Assembly (NCBI GenBank): GCA_963675595.2
Contig: CAXXLZ010000001.1
Span: 1,312,001 to 1,376,000 of the forward strand
Direction: 5' to 3'
Length of the DNA stretch: 64,000 bases
DNA from: Thermodesulfobacteriota bacterium
GTDB taxonomy: Bacteria > Desulfobacterota > Desulfarculia > JACQYL01
A program made the translations under genes and the position numbers. The notes below the pieces were generated by a model. That model was not told where the DNA came from. It did not search any database and was given only the letters and a program-made list of their open reading frames with translations. Positions within the stretch are counted from its first letter, which is position 1, and the number at the start of each line of letters is the position of its first letter. Below, piece after piece: positions 57,153 to 64,000 of this stretch.

Positions 57153-58340
57153 GTGAGTGATCCAACTTGGGAGGTGATCACCATCCGTACCCTATCGGGC
57201 ATTCTCATGCTGGCTCTTTTGCTGTCGGGGTGTTCCGTCACCGGACCCGAAGCCCCCGTTACGCCTCGTCCCGGCGAAATCTTCGAGACTTCCACCGGTA
57301 ATCCGGTTTCCTTTGAAGAGCTGCGGGAAGCCCTTATGGGGGTTTCCGTGATTTTCGTGGGAGAGACGCATGATCAGGCGTCGCACCACGAAGTCCAACT
57401 CCGCATACTCAGAAGCATCCTCGAGTACCAAGGTAATCTGGTCATCGGCATGGAGATGTTCGGATACGAACAGCAGGAGGTTCTGGACGCCTGGATTCGG
57501 GGTGAGATGTCCGAGGATGCATTTCTGAGGAGGGTCGGCTGGGAGGAGAACTGGGGTCACCCGTACATTTTGTACCGAGATATCCTGGAGGAGGCTAGAA
57601 ACTGGTCGCTTCCCGTTCTGGGACTCAATGCGCCTGGAGAGGTGGTCGGCAAGACCGCAAGATTCGGATTGTCGGGCCTTACACCGTCGGAACGGTCTCG
57701 CATTGCCAAGGATATCTTTCTGGACCTTCCCGAGTACCGAAAAATCATTCGTCGGCAATTCGAAACGCACGAGCAAACCGAGTTGTCGAATTTCGAGTTT
57801 TTTTTCCAGGCACAACGAGTGTGGGATGAAACCATGGCGGAAACACTCGCAGCTCATGTGCCGGAGTTCGAATCGAACACGAAGATTCTCGTCTTCACCG
57901 GATCGGGTCATCTCTACAAACGGCAAGGAGTGGTTGAGGCTTTTGAACGACGCACCGGCCTGCCTTTGCTCACCGTGATCCCCGTTTCCCCGGAGCGTGC
58001 ACGGGAAGCCCTCGCCCTCAAACTCGGCGATTACATCTGGGTGGCGGCGCCCAGTAAATTCACACCTCCCCGTCTGGGCGTGACCGTGGACAACGCAGCC
58101 CTCTCGGAAGGACGGCTCGAAGTGTCTTCCGTGCTGGAGGGAACCATCGCCGCGAAAATGGGTCTACAGCCGGGGGATGTGCTGGAGAGTCTTAACGACG
58201 TGGAGTTACATTCCGTACACTCCGTGCACAAAGCAATTATGGATGCGGGCCGCGGCCGATCCGTGCATCAATTGCGTATCCGCCGGAATGGTGTTTCCAT
58301 GGGACTGACCTTTTCCATGGATCCAAATCCCAACCTTTGA
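57153..58340 (+). CDS. ChaN-family lipoprotein with C-terminal PDZ
   Basis: LSGC lipobox; VGETHD, GMEMF, AQRVWDETMA, GSGH; PDZ-like AKMGLQPGDVL. Confidence 0.8.
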   Translation: MSDPTWEVITIRTLSGILMLALLLSGCSVTGPEAPVTPRPGEIFETSTGNPVSFEELREALMGVSVIFVGETHDQASHHEVQLRILRSILEYQGNLVIGMEMFGYEQQEVLDAWIRGEMSEDAFLRRVGWEENWGHPYILYRDILEEARNWSLPVLGLNAPGEVVGKTARFGLSGLTPSERSRIAKDIFLDLPEYRKIIRRQFETHEQTELSNFEFFFQAQRVWDETMAETLAAHVPEFESNTKILVFTGSGHLYKRQGVVEAFERRTGLPLLTVIPVSPERAREALALKLGDYIWVAAPSKFTPPRLGVTVDNAALSEGRLEVSSVLEGTIAAKMGLQPGDVLESLNDVELHSVHSVHKAIMDAGRGRSVHQLRIRRNGVSMGLTFSMDPNPNL

Positions 58341-58806
58341 ATTGCAGGCCCGAATCTCGTCCGGCGGGGTTACTTCTTAATCGTCATTCTTTTTTCGCTT
58401 CTGAATAACGGCGAACACTTCGGTAAGAATGATGATTCCCACGGCCAAAGCCATTACCAGATAGAAATCAAGCACTCGTTCACCCCCCCCTCTTTCACCG
58501 GCCGTACCCTTCGTTCCGCCCGCCTTTGGGATACACCGTATCTTCCTGCCTTATTACGTGACCGACTCTCCAAAGGCAAGGTCTTGCAGACGGTTGAAAA
58601 ACGCGACGCGCGGCGTTGCGCTCCGTCCCTCGTCACTGCGACGTACTCTATTTGCTTATCGCTGTTTAAGATGTTCGCGCCCATCATCTCATCGTCTTTC
58701 GGCGGCCTACAGCAACCGGCCTCCTTCCACGGGCCGGCGACGACGGGCGAAGCAGACCGGTTGACAAGAAGATTTTCATGAGCTATTTCGCCTCCGGAAA
58801 TCGCCA

Positions 58807-61800
58807 ATGTTCCGAGAACGGATAGAGCCACATTTCGATGAGATCATCCGAGCGATCAGGGAGAACAAACAGGCTCCCATCGTCACAGGTCTTTCTTTGT
58901 CCGCTCGGGCGCACCTATTGGCAAGAACGGTCCGAACTCTCCGGAAGTCCCTTCTCGTCGTGGCATCCACGAGAGAGCAGGCGGATCGGCTGGCTTCCGA
59001 CATCCGTTTTTTTCTCACCTCGTCTCCCGGCCACTCAACAATGGGCCGAGGGATTCTCTCTTTTCCGGCATACGAAGTTTATCCTTTTCACGATATATCA
59101 CCCCCGGTGGAAGTCTCGGCTAGAAGGATCGAGGCTCTCTACAGCCTGTTGGCAGGCGACGCACCCGCCGTCGTAGTGGCGACCCCCGCCGGCATCATGC
59201 AGAGGACCCTGCCCCGGGAAGTCCTGAATAGGCACGTGGAATATCTTGTGTCGGGAGAGGAAGTGGACCGGGACGTCCTCATCAAACGTCTCGTGGAGGG
59301 AGGATATTACAGGTCCCAACTCGTAGAGCAACGTGGCGACTTCTCCGTGCGTGGAGGGATACTGGACATTTATCCCCCCTTGGCCGAAAATCCCATTCGA
59401 ATCGAGTTCTTCGGCGATTTCATTGATTCCATCCGTTTTTTCAATGTGCTGAATCAAAGATCCTTCGAGTCCATCGACGAATGGATTGTGTTGCCCGTCA
59501 GCGAGATAGTCTTGCAGACCGAGCACCTGCAGCGTGCCGCCAAGCGGCTCACTCCCCATGTGTCGCCTGAAAAGGCCATTCATTTCAGGGAGCTGATGAG
59601 CACCGGCGTCCTTTTCCCCGGTGCCGAAGCCGTGCTTCCCATCTTCTACGACGAGACCGAGAACCTGCTCGACTACCTCCCCGACGGGTGCCCCGTATTT
59701 CTGTTGGAGCCCGAGAAGGTGAGAGACGAAGGCCGACACACCTTTGAGGAGTTCACGGAAGCGTGCGGCGACCTGGAAGACATTTTCCCTTTGGTCCAGT
59801 GGGAAGAGCTCGCCCCCCGAATCGAAGAACGGCCTCATGCCCTGCTGTCCGATCTAGTGTTCGGTCACGCCGACGAAAATGCACCCGTTATCCGTCCCCG
59901 GCATGAGGAGAACCTGGATATCCGCTCCATCGCCAAATCGGGCTCGCAGCAGTGGGAACAACGCCGAGAACTCGTCGCCCGAGTTGAAGAATGGCTCGAA
60001 ATGGGGATGGACATCGTCTGGGCATGCTCTTCGTCCCGAAGAGCCGCCCAGCTCCAAGAGTTTTTCGCAAACTCCGAAATCCCGGTGCAAAGGGAGAAAC
60101 CGCCCTTCGAGCCCGCGGCCTCCCCCGGAACGGTTCGCATTTACGAAGGGACTCTTTCCGGCGGCTTCAAATTGTGGTCGGAACATCTCATCATCATCAC
60201 CGACGAAGAATTTCTCGGTACCCGGCAGACGGTAAAACCCAGCAGACGCAAGTCCAAAATCGAAGCATACGTCAGCTCTTTCGAAGACCTGAATCCCGGC
60301 GATTTGGTGGTGCACACGGACCACGGTATCGGCCGCTATCGCGGCCTCGTCCAGATGGATGTGGGACCTTCGCTGGGCGAATTCCTATTTATCGAGTACG
60401 AAGGGAACGACCGACTTTACATACCGATCTATCGACTTAAGGCCATTCAGAAATACGCGGGCGTCGACGGAAAGGATCCCAAGCTCGACCGGCTTGGAGG
60501 AAAGAGCTGGGCGAGGATCAAAACACGGGTCAAGCAGTCCGTGGAGAAGATCGCTGCGGAACTGGTCCAAGTTTACGCCGCGAGAAGTGTGCGGAAAGGC
60601 CATCGGTTCTCAAGAGAAAGCCTCGAAATGGCCGATTTCGAAGAGACTTTCGAATTCGAGGAAACACCGGACCAAGCCAAGGCCATACGAGAGGTGTTCG
60701 CGGATATGGAAGGTGAGGGTCCCATGGATCGCCTGGTCTGCGGCGACGTGGGGTACGGTAAAACCGAAGTGGCGTTACGAGCCTCCTACAAGGCCATTCT
60801 GGATGGGAAGCAGGTCTGCTATCTGGTTCCAACGACGGTACTTGCCGAACAGCACCTCAAGAGCTTTAAGGAACGATTCGCACCGTATCCGGTGCGGGTG
60901 GAGTCTCTAAGCAGGTTCAAGTCATCGGGTGAGCAGCGGAAGGTCATCGAAGGCCTTGCAAGAGGAACCGTGGACATTGTCATAGGAACTCACCGACTTC
61001 TGCAGAAGGACGTACTCTTCCGGGACCTGGGACTCCTGATTATCGACGAAGAACATCGTTTTGGAGTCACCCACAAGGAGAAGATCAAGCAGCTCAAGAA
61101 ATTGGTCGATGTTTTGACCCTGACCGCCACGCCGATTCCGAGAACTCTCCAGATGTCCTTGATGGGCATCCGAGACCTGACCACCATCGAGACTCCCCCG
61201 AAAGAGCGCCTTTCGATCAAGACTTATCTGGCCAAATACGACGACGAAGTCGTCAAGGACGCGATCAGCCGTGAGTTGCGTCGCGGAGGACAAGTCTTCT
61301 TCGTGCACAATCAGGTGAAAACCATCGAGAACATGGCCGACCACATCAGGAGCCTCACACCCCAGGCCCGAGTTGGGGTCGGACACGGACAACTGAAGGA
61401 AGCGGAATTAGAGAAAGCGATGATGGCCTTCATCAATCGTGAGATCGACGTACTGGTCTGCAGCACGATAATCGAATCCGGGTTGGATATCCCGGCGGCC
61501 AACACGATCATCATCAATCGAGCCGACCGCTTCGGCCTCGCCCAAATCTACCAGCTCCGCGGCCGAACCGGACGAAGCAAAGAGCAGGCCTATGCTTATT
61601 TGTTGGTTCCAAGCGAAACCGCCATGAGCAAAGAAGCGCAGAAGAGGCTGAAAGTACTGATGGATTTCACGGAACTCGGCTCCGGTTTCAAAATCGCTTT
61701 TCACGATCTTCAAATCCGAGGTGGAGGCGAAATATTGGGTGCCTCTCAGTCCGGACACATAGCGGCCGTCGGATACGAGATGTATCTCGAGTTGATGGAA

Positions 61801-62274
61801 AAAGCCGTTTCAGAGCTGAAGGGGAGCTCCACTCCGGATGATATCGACCCGGAGATCAACATCCCCTTCCCCTCATTCTTTCCGGAAAGCTATGTGGAAG
61901 CCGTCAGCGAGCGTTTGTCACTTTACAAACGGCTTTCGTCCATTGTGAGTTCCGAGGAACTGGAGGACTTGTGTGCCGAACTCAAGGATCGATTCGGCCC
62001 TATCCCTGCTGAGGCTGAAAACCTGATCCGGACCATCGAAGCCCGGAACCTGATGAAGAAGGGCCGCATACGGAGGCTGGACTTCAGCGGAGGCGAACTC
62101 GCCTACTCGTTTGATCCCGAGGATGGGGTTAATGTGGACAAGCTCCTGGAATTTGCGCGTAGGCATCCTAAACGCACAAGAATTCTGCCGGAAGGAAGAG
62201 TATTTTACAAAGTATTCGGGGAGCGGGAAAGCGTGTTTGAAGAAATTAGAAAGACCTTGCAAGAGATGACGTGA
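58807..62274 (+). CDS. mfd: Transcription-repair coupling factor
   Basis: RGGILDI, VVHTDHGIG, ETPDQ, CGDVGYGKT, IDEEHRFG, TATPIPRTL, QLRGR. Confidence 0.96.
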   Translation: MFRERIEPHFDEIIRAIRENKQAPIVTGLSLSARAHLLARTVRTLRKSLLVVASTREQADRLASDIRFFLTSSPGHSTMGRGILSFPAYEVYPFHDISPPVEVSARRIEALYSLLAGDAPAVVVATPAGIMQRTLPREVLNRHVEYLVSGEEVDRDVLIKRLVEGGYYRSQLVEQRGDFSVRGGILDIYPPLAENPIRIEFFGDFIDSIRFFNVLNQRSFESIDEWIVLPVSEIVLQTEHLQRAAKRLTPHVSPEKAIHFRELMSTGVLFPGAEAVLPIFYDETENLLDYLPDGCPVFLLEPEKVRDEGRHTFEEFTEACGDLEDIFPLVQWEELAPRIEERPHALLSDLVFGHADENAPVIRPRHEENLDIRSIAKSGSQQWEQRRELVARVEEWLEMGMDIVWACSSSRRAAQLQEFFANSEIPVQREKPPFEPAASPGTVRIYEGTLSGGFKLWSEHLIIITDEEFLGTRQTVKPSRRKSKIEAYVSSFEDLNPGDLVVHTDHGIGRYRGLVQMDVGPSLGEFLFIEYEGNDRLYIPIYRLKAIQKYAGVDGKDPKLDRLGGKSWARIKTRVKQSVEKIAAELVQVYAARSVRKGHRFSRESLEMADFEETFEFEETPDQAKAIREVFADMEGEGPMDRLVCGDVGYGKTEVALRASYKAILDGKQVCYLVPTTVLAEQHLKSFKERFAPYPVRVESLSRFKSSGEQRKVIEGLARGTVDIVIGTHRLLQKDVLFRDLGLLIIDEEHRFGVTHKEKIKQLKKLVDVLTLTATPIPRTLQMSLMGIRDLTTIETPPKERLSIKTYLAKYDDEVVKDAISRELRRGGQVFFVHNQVKTIENMADHIRSLTPQARVGVGHGQLKEAELEKAMMAFINREIDVLVCSTIIESGLDIPAANTIIINRADRFGLAQIYQLRGRTGRSKEQAYAYLLVPSETAMSKEAQKRLKVLMDFTELGSGFKIAFHDLQIRGGGEILGASQSGHIAAVGYEMYLELMEKAVSELKGSSTPDDIDPEINIPFPSFFPESYVEAVSERLSLYKRLSSIVSSEELEDLCAELKDRFGPIPAEAENLIRTIEARNLMKKGRIRRLDFSGGELAYSFDPEDGVNVDKLLEFARRHPKRTRILPEGRVFYKVFGERESVFEEIRKTLQEMT

Positions 62275-62328
62275 AGTGTTAGTTTTCGTTTGATAAATAG
62301 TGAAAAAAAGCAAGAATAAGGTAGGCTT

Positions 62329-63309
62329 ATGAAGAATCTGATCGTCTTTTTGTGCTTGTTGCTCGCAACCGCCGCATCCGTTTCCAGCACCTCCGCGGCG
62401 GAGCTGGTCAATCGTATCGTCGCCGTCGTGGGCACCGATGTGATCACGCTTGCGGAGCTCGAAGAAGCCACACGAGCTGAGAAACAGAAGATCATGCAGA
62501 ACTATCAGGGGAGAGCCCAAAGGGAAGAGCTGTTCAAGATGCAGAAAGAGTACTTGGACAGAATGATTACGGATCGACTGATTCAGAAGGAAATCGATCG
62601 ACAAGGCCTCTCCGTGTCGGATGAGCAGATCGACCAACGCATCGAAGAGTGGAGCAAACAGAACGGCTTGGGGCCGGAGGACATGAAGGCATATTTGGAT
62701 CGACAGGGCTTCACCCTCGAGAAGTATCGGGAAATGCTCAAATCGTCCCTGACGGTCCAGTTACTGTTGGCCCGAATGGAAAAGCAAATCGTGGTTCCGG
62801 AGGAAAAAGTCAGAGCGTATTTTGATGAGCACAAGGATGAATTTGAGCGCAAAGATCGTGTCCACCTAAAAACCATTCTGCTGCGAGCCGATCCCGGGGT
62901 GGAGACGGAAACCCCGGACGAACGGAGAAGCAAAGCGGAGAATATACGAGCCAAGATCGAACACGGAGCCTCATTCGAGACCATGGCCGTTCAATTCTCG
63001 GAAGGTCCCAACGCCATGGCCGGGGGTGATGCGTCATGGATAGATTGGAGCGCCCTGGACAAGGAACTGCAACAAGTACTCGATAAGATGGAACCCGGCG
63101 ATGTGAGCTCCGTGATGCAATTCGAGCGCGGCGGTGAAAAATGGTACCAGATCGTGAAGCTGGTCGAGAGAGAAACTCCAGGCGAGTCCTCGTTTGAGGA
63201 TGCCAAACCGAAAATCGTCGAGATCCTGAGCCTGCAAAGACGCGAAACAAGAAAGGAAGAGTGGCTGAAGGAGCTCAGGGAATCGTATTTCGTCAAGGTC
63301 AAGCTGTGA
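62329..63309 (+). CDS. SurA-like PPIase chaperone
   Basis: Signal peptide, NRIVAVV..DVIT, parvulin domain (ASFETMAVQFSEGP..GGD); follows mfd. Confidence 0.85.
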   Translation: MKNLIVFLCLLLATAASVSSTSAAELVNRIVAVVGTDVITLAELEEATRAEKQKIMQNYQGRAQREELFKMQKEYLDRMITDRLIQKEIDRQGLSVSDEQIDQRIEEWSKQNGLGPEDMKAYLDRQGFTLEKYREMLKSSLTVQLLLARMEKQIVVPEEKVRAYFDEHKDEFERKDRVHLKTILLRADPGVETETPDERRSKAENIRAKIEHGASFETMAVQFSEGPNAMAGGDASWIDWSALDKELQQVLDKMEPGDVSSVMQFERGGEKWYQIVKLVERETPGESSFEDAKPKIVEILSLQRRETRKEEWLKELRESYFVKVKL

Positions 63310-63555
63310 ACGCTCTCCTTCCGAACCAGCCGGTCGACGGCCGCATTTTCTGACCTTGCCGCCGACCGGCGAACGCAGACATCCCCTGCTTCTTTTTCAG
63401 ACAAGAGACTCCCTATCCCCACTTACGCTCTCTGGAAGACAAGGAAGAACCTCCCGTTCCTCGATTATTTTCTGGAAATGGGATGCCTTTTCGAAGTAGA
63501 CAGGATGGCCTGAACCGAATCGTTCGGAGGACTCCGGACGGCAAGATGGAGAACA

Positions 63556-64000
63556 ATGCTGCCGAGAGAATCCGTCGGGATCATTCTCCAACGAAGAATA
63601 TTTCGCGAAACGGACCTGATCGTAACGTTTTACGGCGAGCTCGAAGGAAGACTCAGCGGTTTGGCTTTCGGCGCCTTGAGAAGCAGAGTCCGATTTCAGA
63701 ATTGTCTTGACCTGTTCAGCAAATCTCTGGTGCGTTATACCGTTCGTCCGGGACGAGAATTGGTTCGTCTTGAGAGCTGCGACCTGATTGACGCACACTT
63801 GGGGCTTCGAAACGAGGAACGGACCCTCGCATACGCCGCCTATTTGGGAGACTTGGTTTTGCACCTCTCGGCAACGGAAGATGCGTCGCCCGGGGTATTT
63901 GAACTGCTGGACAAGGCCCTCGGCTGGCTTGAAGGAGGAATGCGGGGGGACCAGGTAGCCCGAATTTTTGAAATAAGGCTTCTGACCCTCCTCGGTTACC
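63556..64000 (+). CDS. recO: DNA repair protein RecO (partial, runs off window)
   Basis: MLPRESVGIILQRRIFRETDLIVTFYGELEGRLSGLAFGALRSRVRF. Confidence 0.8.
   Translation, partial: MLPRESVGIILQRRIFRETDLIVTFYGELEGRLSGLAFGALRSRVRFQNCLDLFSKSLVRYTVRPGRELVRLESCDLIDAHLGLRNEERTLAYAAYLGDLVLHLSATEDASPGVFELLDKALGWLEGGMRGDQVARIFEIRLLTLLGY

Overview
Two parts. (1) Positions 1 to ~35,690 are the right-hand portion of a temperate tailed-phage prophage integrated at the 3' end of tRNA-Asp(GTC) (35694-35771). It contains a head/packaging module (N4-gp56-type major capsid protein, scaffold, portal, TerL, TerS, plus a glycosyltransferase), a repeat-punctuated cluster of small accessory genes ending in a BRO antirepressor, a primase-helicase with a repeat-rich origin, a cro/cI-like switch, a recombination module (exonuclease, SbcC-like ATPase, RecD2), a C5 methyltransferase and xis/int. 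(2) ~35,800-64,000 is ordinary host chromosome (tag, tRNA-Leu, rlmH, ECF sigma/anti-sigma, pyrH, uppP, pilD, ald, ugd, TetR-RND efflux, mfd, SurA-like, recO); the host lineage cannot be fixed from the sequence alone. The most striking feature is in the prophage: a lone Cas7/RAMP-like gene (29644-30411) with no other cas genes and no CRISPR array, followed immediately by a ~1.6 kb non-coding tract (30413-32024) built from 5-nt (G/A/C/T)GY-NN units grouped into ~21/26/31-nt blocks. This looks like a minimal phage-encoded RNA-guided system whose guide information lies in the variable dinucleotides. Other notable items: a circularly permuted 3'-5' exonuclease, a C5 methyltransferase whose motif IX is in a nested +1-frame ORF, a c4-like antisense RNA upstream of the antirepressor, and repeated gene-cassette junctions. 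All calls come from reading the sequence and translations by eye; no database searches were run.
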